The notes below the pieces were generated by a model. It had not been told where the DNA came from, made no database searches, and was given only the letters and a program-made list of their open reading frames with translations. Positions 10,242 through 19,918 of a DNA stretch of 64,000 bases are shown piece by piece. The position numbers and the translations under genes were made by a program. The DNA is from Spirochaetia bacterium (GTDB lineage: Bacteria; Spirochaetota; Spirochaetia; SZUA-6; Bin103), in assembly GCA_965208575.1 (NCBI GenBank), contig CBDBOV010000004.1:96001-160000 (forward strand), written 5' to 3'. Each line of letters opens with the position of its first letter. The stretch's first letter is position 1.

Positions 10242-11600
10242 ATGGCGAAGCCGAAGGGGTGGTGGACGAGCCACCCGACTATTCTCACGGTAACGGTGGC
10301 GGGGTGCTGGGACTCGAACGGTGACGGGATCGGAGACTTCGAGGGTATCCGCCGCCATCTCGGCGAGCTCGTCGAAATGGGCATTTCCGGGCTGCGTTTC
10401 CAGCACGTGACGCGCTTCGGCGACGACTTCGAGTGGTTCGGGCTGGTGGCGCAGGACTGGTTCGACGTCGACCCGGTGTACGGCACCATGGCCGACTTCG
10501 ACCGGCTTGTCGCGGACTGCCGCGCGCGCGACGTGGCGCTCATGGTGATGGCCGTGCCCGAGTACCTGGGCTGGCGCCATCCCGACTACCTGGCGGCGCG
10601 CGATGCCCGTGCGGCGGGCCGCGACGATGCACGCATCGGCTGGTTTGGTTGGGAGGATGACGGCAGCGTGGCGCTGACCTGGAGCCATCCCGGACCCGAT
10701 CTCGCCAACGAGTCCTACGTGGATGCCTACCTGAAGCACGTGGCGTTCTGGATGGACAGGGGCATCTCCGGCTGGGACGTCGATGCGCCGAGCACCTGGC
10801 GCAACCTGAACCTGGGCGCGCTGCGTGCGATCACCGGCGTCGTCAAGGAGGGCGGCGGCTTCGTGACCAGCGAGAACCGGGCGCTGGAGCACGACCTCAT
10901 CCGCCAGGGCGAGTTCAACGCCGGCACCGGCATCCGCCGCACCCAGCTCTACAATGAGCTGGCGGCGATACTCGAAGGCGACGCGGACTACATTCGCCGC
11001 GGCATGGCGCGGCGGCGGCAGCTTATCGAGGCCGGCATGTTCCCGTTCCAGCAGTTCGGCGACGACATGTACGACCAGTACAGCGGCAAGAACCTGCCCT
11101 GGAAGCTGCAGATGTTCCGCCTGCAGGTGGCCTTCAACGCCGCGCTGCCCGACCAGGTGTGGGCGTTGGCCAACGCCATCGCCTTTCCTACCGAAGAGCT
11201 GCAGCCGCTGCCGTCGCTCGATTGCGTGTGCTGGGGACAGCTCGACCTGCCGGCCATCGAGCGCCAGAAGGCCGATCCGCACTCTCCGTTCGGCTTCTTC
11301 AAGCGCATGATGGCGCTGCGGGCACGCGAGAAGGCGCTGGCGATCGGGGACATGCAGGAGCTGCCCACCGACCTCCGAAAGCCGGTGTTTGCCGCGCTGC
11401 GCACCAGCGCGGACGGCACCGGACGTGCGGTGACCGTGTTCAACTTCAGCGCCCACCCGTGCCGGGTGCGGGTCAAGCTCGGCGTGGGTGTCACCGCGCT
11501 GCGCAATTACCTCAGCGACGAGGTGGTCCGACCCGAGGACGGAACCCTGACCCTGGACCTGGGCCGCTACGGATTCAAGCTGTTCCGCGTGGTCGAGTGA
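10242..11600 (+). CDS. Alpha-amylase (GH13)-like glycosidase
   Basis: DSNGDGIGDFEGI, VDPVYGTMADF, FWMDRGISGWDVDA; C-terminal beta domain. Confidence 0.8.
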   Translation: MAKPKGWWTSHPTILTVTVAGCWDSNGDGIGDFEGIRRHLGELVEMGISGLRFQHVTRFGDDFEWFGLVAQDWFDVDPVYGTMADFDRLVADCRARDVALMVMAVPEYLGWRHPDYLAARDARAAGRDDARIGWFGWEDDGSVALTWSHPGPDLANESYVDAYLKHVAFWMDRGISGWDVDAPSTWRNLNLGALRAITGVVKEGGGFVTSENRALEHDLIRQGEFNAGTGIRRTQLYNELAAILEGDADYIRRGMARRRQLIEAGMFPFQQFGDDMYDQYSGKNLPWKLQMFRLQVAFNAALPDQVWALANAIAFPTEELQPLPSLDCVCWGQLDLPAIERQKADPHSPFGFFKRMMALRAREKALAIGDMQELPTDLRKPVFAALRTSADGTGRAVTVFNFSAHPCRVRVKLGVGVTALRNYLSDEVVRPEDGTLTLDLGRYGFKLFRVVE

Positions 11601-11606
11601 CCGAGG

Positions 11607-12470
11607 CTATCCCTTGACGGCGCCCATGGTCATGCCGGCGATGAAGTAGCGCTGGAAGAACAGGAACACCAGCAGGGTCGGCAGGCTGGCCAGCAGCGAC
11701 AGCGCGCCCTGCACGCCCCAGGCCACCGTGTACTGGCCGCGCAGCGACACGATGCCGAGCATGATGGTGCGCTTGCTGTCGCTTTGCGTGAAGATCAGCG
11801 GCCACAGGAAGTCGTTCCAGATCCAGGTAAACTGCAGGGTGCCGAGCACTGCCAGCGCGGGCAGGCTGACCGGCAGCGCCACTCCGGTCAGCACGCGCCA
11901 CTCGCTGGCGCCTTCCACGATGGCCGCTTCGCGCAGCGCGGCCGGCACGGTGGCGAAGAAGTTGCGCATCAGCAGGGTGCAGATCGGGATGCCCATGGCG
12001 ATGTGCACGATGATCATCGGCCACAGCGTGTCGAGCAGGCGGATCCGGTTGAACAGCCGGAACAGCGGAATCAGGATGATCTGCGGCGGAAAGAACATCC
12101 CCGACACCATTACCAGGAACAGGATCTCGCTGCCCCGGAACGGCAGCTTCGAGAACACGTATCCGGCCAGAATGCCGAGCGCGATCGAGCCGGCGGTGGC
12201 GGGCGCGGTGACCAGGAACGTGTTGACGAAGTAGAACGTGACCGACGGGTGGGCGAGCGCCACCTGGAAGTTGGACAGGTCGAGGGTGCGCGGGATCGCC
12301 CACAGCGTGCCGAACGCGATGTCGCGCGTGCTCTTCAGGGCGCTCAGGATCACTCCCACGGTGGGGGTCAGGAACAGCACCGCCAGCAGCGTCAGGCACA
12401 CCAGCAGCACGCCGGTCGTGGCGGACAGCCGCCGGCGGCGCGGCGGCGCGGCGACCGCGGTGTCAGTCAT
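11607..12470 (-). CDS. Carbohydrate ABC permease
   Basis: EAAIVEGA and WNDFLWPL motifs. Confidence 0.93.
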   Translation of the reverse strand: MTDTAVAAPPRRRRLSATTGVLLVCLTLLAVLFLTPTVGVILSALKSTRDIAFGTLWAIPRTLDLSNFQVALAHPSVTFYFVNTFLVTAPATAGSIALGILAGYVFSKLPFRGSEILFLVMVSGMFFPPQIILIPLFRLFNRIRLLDTLWPMIIVHIAMGIPICTLLMRNFFATVPAALREAAIVEGASEWRVLTGVALPVSLPALAVLGTLQFTWIWNDFLWPLIFTQSDSKRTIMLGIVSLRGQYTVAWGVQGALSLLASLPTLLVFLFFQRYFIAGMTMGAVKG

Positions 12471-13344
12471 ACAGTTCGTCCAGCTTCTTGAGCTGGCGGA
12501 AGTAGACGGCGATCACGCTCAGCGTCATCAGGAACAGGATCACCGAGATCGAGCTGCCGTAGCCGATCCGGTACTTCTTGAACGACTCGCTGTACATGTA
12601 CATCGCGAGCGTGTCGGAGGAGTGGAACGGTCCGCCTCCGGTCATGATGAACAGGATGTCGAACGCCTTCAGCGAGTTGATCACGCTCAGCGCCACCGCC
12701 ACCACGGTGGCCGGACGCAGCAGGGCCAGCACCACGTGGCGGATGCGCTGGCCGCGCGAGGCGCCTTCGATTTCGGCCGCCTCCAGCAGGTGGGTAGGAA
12801 TCGAGGTGAGGCCGGCCAGGAAGATCACCATCGCCAGTCCCATCTGCTGCCACGACCAGGCCACGATCACCGAGTAGAGGGCGGTCTCCGGCTCCGCCAG
12901 CCAGGCGAATGTGGGCGGCGTGCCGGTGACCGCCGTTATGGCGGCGTTGAGCAGGCCCCAGTCGGGCTGGTAGATCCAGATCCAGATCTGGCCCACCACC
13001 ACCGCGGCCAGGCAGATCGGCAGGTAGAACACCGACTTGAACGCCTTGGCGCCCGGCACCTGGGTGTCGAGCATCAGTGCCAGCGTCAGCCCGCCGGCGG
13101 TGGGCAGCACGATCGCCAGCGCGGTCCAGATCAGCGTGTTGATGGTGGCATTCCTGAACAGGCGGTCGGTCACCACCCCGGCGAAGTTGTCCAGCCCCAC
13201 GAACCGGTAGTCGCGGCTGAAGCCGTTCCAGTTCGTGAAGCTGTAGTAGAAGGTATCGAGCAGCGGCCAGATGACGAACACGCCGAACACCGCAACCGGC
13301 AGGAACAGCAGCGCGATCCGCCAGAACAGCTCTTTTTGCTTCAT
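12463..13344 (-). CDS. Carbohydrate ABC permease
   Basis: FVGLDNF, EAAEIEGA and TGGGP motifs; GGAGG RBS before ATG at 13344. Confidence 0.93.
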   Translation of the reverse strand: MKQKELFWRIALLFLPVAVFGVFVIWPLLDTFYYSFTNWNGFSRDYRFVGLDNFAGVVTDRLFRNATINTLIWTALAIVLPTAGGLTLALMLDTQVPGAKAFKSVFYLPICLAAVVVGQIWIWIYQPDWGLLNAAITAVTGTPPTFAWLAEPETALYSVIVAWSWQQMGLAMVIFLAGLTSIPTHLLEAAEIEGASRGQRIRHVVLALLRPATVVAVALSVINSLKAFDILFIMTGGGPFHSSDTLAMYMYSESFKKYRIGYGSSISVILFLMTLSVIAVYFRQLKKLDELYD

Positions 13345-13410
13345 CCTCCGTCCGCCCGGAGAGCGCACCGCGCGGTGAGCGCGCGGCGTGGTGCTCTCCG
13401 CCTGGTGAGC

Positions 13411-14769
13411 CTACTGACTCTCGAACACCCCTCGGGCACCCTCTTCGGTGTCGGCCAGGTGCTGCATGTAGTCGCCCGGGCTGTCCATGAAGCGCGAGAA
13501 CATGTCCAGGCCGAACTCGGCCGCCGGCGGCGTGGTCGCCAGGTCGTAGTTGAAGGCAAACGTATCGGCGTTGCCGACCGCCTCCAGTGCCCGCTGCATC
13601 ACCGGCGTGTAGGTGCTGACGTCCACGTTGACGTTGGCCGACAGCGCGCCCTGGATCTGCGCCCACTTGGCCTGCACCTCGGCGTCGCTGGCCAGGAACG
13701 AGACCAGCGCTTCGGCGTTGGCCCGGTTGGGGGCGTTGGCCGAGATCAGCCAGCCGTCGACCGGCCCCACCACGGCGTTCGGGACGCCGGCGTCGATCGC
13801 CGGGAACTCGAAGAAGTCGTAGTCGTCGCCGGCCATCATGCCCTGGCCGTTCCAGTAGCCGGTAATCCAGGTGCCCATCAGCGTCATCGCCGCGTCGCCG
13901 CGCGCCACCTTGTCGGAGGCGTCGGTCCAGTCGTCGGCGTTGGCGTTGGGTGCGAAGTAGCCGGCGTCCACCAGATCTTTCCACAACTCCATGGCCCGCT
14001 GCACCTCGGGATCGGTGTAGGAGGCATCGCCCGCCATCAGGGCGGCTCGGTAGTCGGGTCCGGCGGTGCGCAGCAGCAGGTAGTCGAACCAGAACTGGCC
14101 CGGCCAACGCGCCTTGGTGCCGAGCGCGATCGGGGTGATGCCCTGCGACTTGAGGTTCTCGCACAGCGCCATGAACCCGTCCCAGTCGGCCGGGAATTCG
14201 GTGACCCCGGCTTCCGCCATCACCTTGGCGTTGTAGAACATGCCCGCGTAGTGGTAGCCGAACGGCACCAGGTGGCGGCTGCCGTCGTACATGGTGGCGC
14301 CGTCCGCCACCGACTTGGCTATCACGGCGTCCAGGCCATTGGCCGCCCACATGTCGTCGATTGCCGCGATGTTGCCGCCGTCGACCACGAACTGCGTGCG
14401 CGCCCCCGCCCAGTAGCTGAACACGTCCGGCAGGTTGCCGCCCGCGGCGCGGACCAGGATGCCGTCCTTGAAGTCCTCGTGCCCGATCGGGCTGTCGACC
14501 ACGGTGACCCCTGACTGCTCCTTGAAGCTACCGAAGATCTCCTCCAGGCCGGCGCGCCCGAGGTCGCCTCCGAAGTAGTGGGTAATGGTGACCTCCTGCG
14601 AGTCCATTCCCGCCTCTCCGGCCGGGCTGGCCCAGGCCAGGCTCGCGACCAGTCCCAGCGCGAGGATGAGTCCCCCCGCCCTGGTCGCCGTCGTAACCCG
14701 CGTGCCGCGGGTGCTGCAGGAACGCCGTGCAGCATTCGCCCCAGGGTAAAAAATGAAAGAGTGATACAT
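13411..14769 (-). CDS. Sugar ABC substrate-binding protein (true start probably further downstream)
   Basis: Signal-like segment; PDVFSYWAG, FYN and GITPIALG motifs. Confidence 0.88.
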   Translation of the reverse strand: MYHSFIFYPGANAARRSCSTRGTRVTTATRAGGLILALGLVASLAWASPAGEAGMDSQEVTITHYFGGDLGRAGLEEIFGSFKEQSGVTVVDSPIGHEDFKDGILVRAAGGNLPDVFSYWAGARTQFVVDGGNIAAIDDMWAANGLDAVIAKSVADGATMYDGSRHLVPFGYHYAGMFYNAKVMAEAGVTEFPADWDGFMALCENLKSQGITPIALGTKARWPGQFWFDYLLLRTAGPDYRAALMAGDASYTDPEVQRAMELWKDLVDAGYFAPNANADDWTDASDKVARGDAAMTLMGTWITGYWNGQGMMAGDDYDFFEFPAIDAGVPNAVVGPVDGWLISANAPNRANAEALVSFLASDAEVQAKWAQIQGALSANVNVDVSTYTPVMQRALEAVGNADTFAFNYDLATTPPAAEFGLDMFSRFMDSPGDYMQHLADTEEGARGVFESQ

Positions 14770-14893
14770 GAAGTACCTCCGTCCCGCTGTTATGGTACCG
14801 AAGCGGGGACGCTGTCAATGATACCGTAGCCTTGGCCGCGTTGGCGACGAAGTACGCGGTCAGCGAGGAACAACAAGAGGGAGGGTCTGAGTC

Positions 14894-15979
14894 TTGGACA
14901 CTATCGGGGTGGGCATAATCGGCACCGGCCGCATTTCCGACCTGCACGCCATCGAGTACCGGCGCAACCCGCACACCCGGATCGTCGCCCTGTGCGACCG
15001 GGACCGGGAGCTCGCGGCCGGCCGCCGGCGTGCGTGGGGGGTGCCCGGTGCGTTGATCACCACCGACTACCACGAACTTCTGGCGCAGGAGGCGGTCGAC
15101 CTGGTGGAGATTCTGCTGCCGCACCACCTGCACGCGGAGGCCGCGCTGGCGGCATTCGCCGCCGGCAAGGCGGTCTCGCTGCAAAAGCCGATGACCACCA
15201 CGCTCGCCGACGCGGACCGTCTGGTCGCGGCGGCCGAGCGGACCGGCGTTTCGTTTCGGGTGTTCGAGAACTTCATCTTCTACCCGCCGGTGATGCGCGC
15301 CAAGGAACTGGTGGACGCCGGCGCCATCGGCACGCCGCTGAGCATCCGCATCAAGAGCAACCCGGGCAGCCGCCAGTTCGCGTGGGACGTACCGCCCGGC
15401 GCGCAGGCGTGGCGCCAGAACCGCTCACAGTCGGGCGGCGGGCCGCTGGTGTTCGACGACGGCCACCACAAGTTCGCCCTGGCCCGGCACTTCATGGGGC
15501 CGCCGCAGGAGGTGCACGCGTGGATCGGATCGACGGTCGGGGAGGGCGGCTACCGGTTCGACGCCCCGGCCATGGTCTCGTTTCGCTTTTCCGGCGGGCG
15601 CGTCGGCAACCTGGAGGTGGTGTACTCGCCGGGACTGCAGGTCGACACCGAGCACTACGCGCAGGACGACCGCGTGGAGATCACCGGCACCGAGGGGGTG
15701 CTCCTGATCAACCGCGGCCACGGCCAGCTCGGCGACGTGGTGCCGCTGCAGCACTACCGGGACGGGCGCTGGACCGATCACCGGGACCTGGAAACCGGCT
15801 GGGAGCGCAGCTTCGTGCATGCCACGCGGCACGCGGTCGACGCGCTGCGCGCCGGCTCCCAGCCGCTCCTGTCCGGGCCCGAAGCCCGTGAAGTCTTGCG
15901 CTTCGCGCTCGCCGCCGAGGCGTCCGCCCGCCGCGGCGGCCCGGTGGCGGTCGACGACCACAATGCGGCGGCCGGGTAG
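14894..15979 (+). CDS. Gfo/Idh/MocA oxidoreductase
   Basis: GIIGTGRI, LQKPM and DDGHH motifs. Confidence 0.9.
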   Translation: MDTIGVGIIGTGRISDLHAIEYRRNPHTRIVALCDRDRELAAGRRRAWGVPGALITTDYHELLAQEAVDLVEILLPHHLHAEAALAAFAAGKAVSLQKPMTTTLADADRLVAAAERTGVSFRVFENFIFYPPVMRAKELVDAGAIGTPLSIRIKSNPGSRQFAWDVPPGAQAWRQNRSQSGGGPLVFDDGHHKFALARHFMGPPQEVHAWIGSTVGEGGYRFDAPAMVSFRFSGGRVGNLEVVYSPGLQVDTEHYAQDDRVEITGTEGVLLINRGHGQLGDVVPLQHYRDGRWTDHRDLETGWERSFVHATRHAVDALRAGSQPLLSGPEAREVLRFALAAEASARRGGPVAVDDHNAAAG

Positions 15980-16313
15980 CGTGCCACGGCTCGGCGCCGG
16001 TGTCCGCGCACCCGTGCCCGCGACAACCGCGGCTCGGGAGGTGGCGGCTCAGCCGGTCACCGCGAAGAACTGGAGGTGTATACTGACGTGGACCCGATAG
16101 GTTGGACAGTGGATGGGATATTGTAGAGTGCATCTCGTTCGTTGTCAACCCACCCTCCTGGTCGAGATGATCAGGCGGCGGTAATGGGGGTGGGGTCCGG
16201 GGAGGGGGTGAGCGAGCCTGTGGATATGTGGATACTTCGTCCCCACTGCTCGCGCTCCCGTTGGTCCTCGGATGCCCTTGCACCCCATGCCAACCGCCTG
16301 CCGTTCCTGTTCG

Positions 16314-17150
16314 CTACGCCACCTCCTGCTGTTGTTCCGCCACCCCGTCGCGGTACGCTTCCGCGGGCGTACGCCCGCCGAGCGCCGAGTGTGGTCGGGT
16401 CTCGTTGTAGAATGCCATCCACCCGTCGATCACCCGCTGCGCCTCGAAGCCATCCTCCAAATCGTGCAGGTATACCGACTCGTACTTCAGCGAGCGCCAC
16501 AACCGTTCGATGAATACGTTATCCAGACAACGACCGCGCCCGTCCATCGAGCACCGTATCCCGGTCGCCTCCAACTGGCCGGTGAACGCGATGCTGGTGA
16601 ACTGGCTGCCCTGATCGGTGTTGAAGATCTCGGGAATGCCGAAGTCTTCCAGAGCGTCCGCCAACGCCTCCAGGCAGAAGGAGGTGTCCATCGTGTTGGA
16701 CAGCCGCCAGGCCAACACCCGCCGGCTCGCCCAGTCCATGATCGCCACCAGGTACAGAAATCCTCCCTGCACCGGGATGTAGGTCAGGTCCGCGCACCAC
16801 ACCTGGTTCGGGCGCTCAATCGTAAGCCCTCGCAGCAGATACGGATACACCCGATGGTCCGGGTGCGCGACGCTGGTGCGTGGCTTGCGGTAGATCGCCT
16901 CCAGCCCCAACAGCCGCATCAGCCGCCGCACCCGGTGCCGACCGACCCGCTTTCCCTCGCGTGCCAGATGGCGCATCATCTGCCGGCTGCCGTAGAACGG
17001 ACATTCCAGATAAAGTTCGTCGATGCGGCGCATCAACGCGAGCGTGTCAGCGCTCTCGCCCACCGCTCGGTAGTACAGCGTCGACCGGTTCAGCCCGATC
17101 AGGCGGCACTGCCGGCTGATGCTCAGACCCTCGTGCTCGCGGTCGATCAT
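16314..17150 (-). CDS. IS3 OrfB (DDE domain)
   Basis: WCADLTYI, NTDQGSQF and DNVFIERLWRSLKYE motifs. Confidence 0.93.
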   Translation of the reverse strand: MIDREHEGLSISRQCRLIGLNRSTLYYRAVGESADTLALMRRIDELYLECPFYGSRQMMRHLAREGKRVGRHRVRRLMRLLGLEAIYRKPRTSVAHPDHRVYPYLLRGLTIERPNQVWCADLTYIPVQGGFLYLVAIMDWASRRVLAWRLSNTMDTSFCLEALADALEDFGIPEIFNTDQGSQFTSIAFTGQLEATGIRCSMDGRGRCLDNVFIERLWRSLKYESVYLHDLEDGFEAQRVIDGWMAFYNETRPHSALGGRTPAEAYRDGVAEQQQEVA

Positions 17151-17158
17151 CTCTCGTC

Positions 17159-17198
17159 GCTCGGCCCGGCTCAGCGCCCGAGCCCGCGTGCTAAAAAA
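17159..17198 (-). promoter_or_regulatory. Probable -1 ribosomal frameshift signal
   Basis: T-TTT-TTA at the end of orfA followed by a GCTCGG...CCGAGC stem. Confidence 0.7.
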
Positions 17199-17455
17199 TC
17201 GCGCTCCACGGTCAACTCCCCGATCTTGGCATGCAGGTCGTGAATGGTCTCATCGTGCTCCTTCTGCCGCCGGCTCCGGCCGTCGGCGAACAGGTCCCGC
17301 AGACCGGTCTGAGCCTGCCGCTTCCAACTGCTGATCTGGTTCGGATGTATTTCGTGCTTGGCCGCGATCGCCTGGATCGTACGGTCTCCCCGCAGCGCCT
17401 CAATCACTACCTTCGCCTTGAACTCCGCTGTGAACCGACGCCTCTTCGTCGCCAT
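17171..17455 (-). CDS. IS3 OrfA (HTH)
   Basis: RRFTAEFKAKVV...IHPNQISSWK...GELTVERDFL. Confidence 0.92.
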   Translation of the reverse strand: MATKRRRFTAEFKAKVVIEALRGDRTIQAIAAKHEIHPNQISSWKRQAQTGLRDLFADGRSRRQKEHDETIHDLHAKIGELTVERDFLARGLGR

Positions 17456-17615
17456 CTTGCTGGCCCTCCTCGTGGCCTTGGATACACTCTACCATACCGT
17501 CCGTTTTTCCGGGACCAGCTCATACCAAGGTCTGTCCCGGCTGCAGGGGGCACCACGTCGGCGCCCGGACTCAGGAACTTCACCACCTCCATAGTTGCAG
17601 CCGGAGGAATTGAAC

Positions 17616-18143
17616 ATGGAGAATCCTCAAAACGTATGTGATGAACAGCGGCTCATGAGGCGCTACGATTTTATAGTTGTGCCATTCGGTACGAGAGTCG
17701 ATGAAGAACACATTACTGTGTGGGCCGAGAATCGTGGTCGGGCGTTCACGATGGCGGTTTTTGCGTCGGAAGACCCTGCGAACGTGTGGACGGCTACGCT
17801 GATCAGAGATGGTGGCCAACCGGTTAACGTGGCTGATATTGAGGAAGTCTCTGTGGACGAGCGGTATATAACACCGATCCTTAGAAACAACGATTGCAAC
17901 CCAACTAGATACAGTGATGGACGCAATTATGTTGTGAGGCTGACATTATTTGGCTTAGCAGAAACTGACGAGATCGTGAAGGTTCGTCACCGTGCATTTG
18001 CCTTTACTGAGGCCGCTATACGCTCAATGACCCCCGATTCCGTTTGCCGCGCACAATTGGTGGCCGTCGCCACTAGTGCCCGTCGCGTGACGGACATCAA
18101 TCCAATGGAGAGATACGGCGGAATTACGACCGATTTGGTGTAG
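17616..18143 (+). CDS. Low-GC orphan hypothetical protein
   Basis: GGAGG RBS; open 175-codon frame with atypical composition. Confidence 0.6.
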   Translation: MENPQNVCDEQRLMRRYDFIVVPFGTRVDEEHITVWAENRGRAFTMAVFASEDPANVWTATLIRDGGQPVNVADIEEVSVDERYITPILRNNDCNPTRYSDGRNYVVRLTLFGLAETDEIVKVRHRAFAFTEAAIRSMTPDSVCRAQLVAVATSARRVTDINPMERYGGITTDLV

Positions 18144-18431
18144 TCCGGTCTTACATGACTTTCCTTGACCGAAACCTCGATCTTCGAATCACACAAGACT
18201 CGCTGCGAGCGACTCTCTGACATAGGACAACATAGGTTCGGCCTTGTCAGGTGGACAGGGACCGGATGACGATGCCAAGCGATCACAGACAGCGGGGTTG
18301 CCGGCAAGGAAGGAGGATTCCACGGGCCGGAGCTGGCGACAAAGCGGCAGGTAGCCGGATTCGCCGCCGCTGTACGGCCACCGTGTCGCATGTGCCGGCG
18401 GAGGCGGAGGAGCGGCGCTCCGGGCTTCGGC

Positions 18432-19202
18432 TCAGCCGCTCACTGTGAAGGAACTGGCGGTGTATACCAGGCCCTGGCCCGGCTGCAGGGGCACCACGTC
18501 GGTGCCGGGACTGAGGAACTTCACCTGCCGGGTCAGCTCCTCGATGTCGGCGGGCTGGCCGAGCGCCTCGCTGTAGTGACAGGGAATGACCACGTCGGCA
18601 CGGACCAGGCTGGCCGCGCGCGCTCCCTCCCGCACGCCCATGGTGAACTTGCCGCCGACCGGCAGGATCGCCACCTGCGGGCCGTACATCTGGCTGATCA
18701 ACTGCATGTCGCTGAACAGGCAGGTGTCGCCGGCGTCGTACACGGTGATGCCGTTGTCGTACGCCATCACGTAGCCGGCCACCGCCCCGCCGGTGTGGTA
18801 CAGCACCCCCTCCGGCAGCGGGCGCGGCAGCACGTGGTCGGACAGCGAGTGCGAGTGGTGCGCCTGGGTCATGGTGATCTCGACGTCTTCGATCGACGTC
18901 GTGCCGCCGGGATTGAGATGGTGCACGTTGTCGGCCGCCACGCCCACCTGCATCGCCACCTCGCACAGTTCATAGTGACCGACGAAGGCGGCACCCGTGC
19001 GCCGGCAGATCTCGTAGCAGTCGCCGATGTGGTCCACGTGGCCGTGGGTGGCGAGCACGATGTCCGCCCTGTCCACCTCGGCGGCGGCCATGGTGGCCGT
19101 GGGGTTGCCGTCGAGCCACGGGTCGAAGTAGCTGACCGTGCCGCGTTCCGACTCGAACCGGAACGAGGCGTGTCCGAGAAAGGTGATGGTGAGTTGTGCC
19201 AT
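18432..19202 (-). CDS. Metal-dependent hydrolase, metallo-beta-lactamase fold (UPF0173-like)
   Basis: LGHAS, DPWL, THGHVDH, AGDT and IPCHY motifs. Confidence 0.92.
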   Translation of the reverse strand: MAQLTITFLGHASFRFESERGTVSYFDPWLDGNPTATMAAAEVDRADIVLATHGHVDHIGDCYEICRRTGAAFVGHYELCEVAMQVGVAADNVHHLNPGGTTSIEDVEITMTQAHHSHSLSDHVLPRPLPEGVLYHTGGAVAGYVMAYDNGITVYDAGDTCLFSDMQLISQMYGPQVAILPVGGKFTMGVREGARAASLVRADVVIPCHYSEALGQPADIEELTRQVKFLSPGTDVVPLQPGQGLVYTASSFTVSG

Positions 19203-19234
19203 GGGGTAGTCCCTCCTGCTTGGCCAAGGTAGTG

Positions 19235-19606
19235 TCAGCGACGCTGGAACAGTTGCAGCAGCACGCCGCCGGGGCCGCGGAAGAACGCCAGCCGCAGTTC
19301 CCCGGGGGCGTCGAACGGCTCCTTCTCCAGCGTCACTCCCCGCTCGCGCAGGGCGGCCGCGGCGGCATCCACGTCGGCGACCCAAAACGACAGGTGATGG
19401 AACCCCGGCGCGACGCCCATCGCCTTCCGCGGCATCAGTTCCAGCGTGGCCGGTCCGGCGTGCAGCATTACGTAGTCTTCGTCGTCGGCACCGGTGCCGC
19501 TCGGAATGCGCTTGGCCACGGTCAGGCCGAGCACCTCGGTGTAGAACCGTTCCGCTTCGGCCACGCTGTCGACCACCACGGCCGCCTTGTGCAAGTCGCC
19601 GATCAT
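19235..19606 (-). CDS. VOC/glyoxalase family protein
   Basis: FYTEVLGL, LELM, HLSFWVAD and FFRGPGG motifs. Confidence 0.85.
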   Translation of the reverse strand: MIGDLHKAAVVVDSVAEAERFYTEVLGLTVAKRIPSGTGADDEDYVMLHAGPATLELMPRKAMGVAPGFHHLSFWVADVDAAAAALRERGVTLEKEPFDAPGELRLAFFRGPGGVLLQLFQRR

Positions 19607-19918
19607 GGCCGGCAGTCTATCCCACATCGCCCCCGAGCGGCGAGCTTGCCGAAGTGCGCCTCCGGCGCTGCCGATGCGGGCGCGTGGGCGGCACGAGGGC
19701 GGCGGTCCGCGGTGGGCGCAGTGCCCCGGGAAGGCTATAGTCGGGCGTAATGCAGGTGTGTGAGTCAACGAGCGCCGGAGCGAGCGCATCGCGTCCGATG
19801 CGCGGTATGCAACGGCGTACGTCGCCTGCCGCAGCGTGGCAGGTAACGCGGGCGATCGTAGAACGGGTGTTCACTATGGAGCGCCGCCGGGCGAGCGGAT
19901 GGCGCCGGGGAGCGCGCC

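Larger units (their letters stand above)
16084..17522 (-). mobile_element. IS3-family element
   Basis: Imperfect TIRs TGACGTGGACCCG / TGAGCTGGTCCCG; 3-bp TSD TAC at 16081-83 and 17523-25; orfA/orfB. Confidence 0.93.
16045..17584 (-). pseudogene. Degenerate ~100-bp duplicate of the 3' end of the hydrolase gene (18428-18525), split by IS3
   Basis: 16045-16083 joined to 17526-17584 aligns to 18428-18525, including the stop codon, with small indels. Confidence 0.8.

Noticed and set aside
3767-14769. ABC operons lacking ATPase genes
   Set aside because: Shared ATPases encoded elsewhere are common; not unusual
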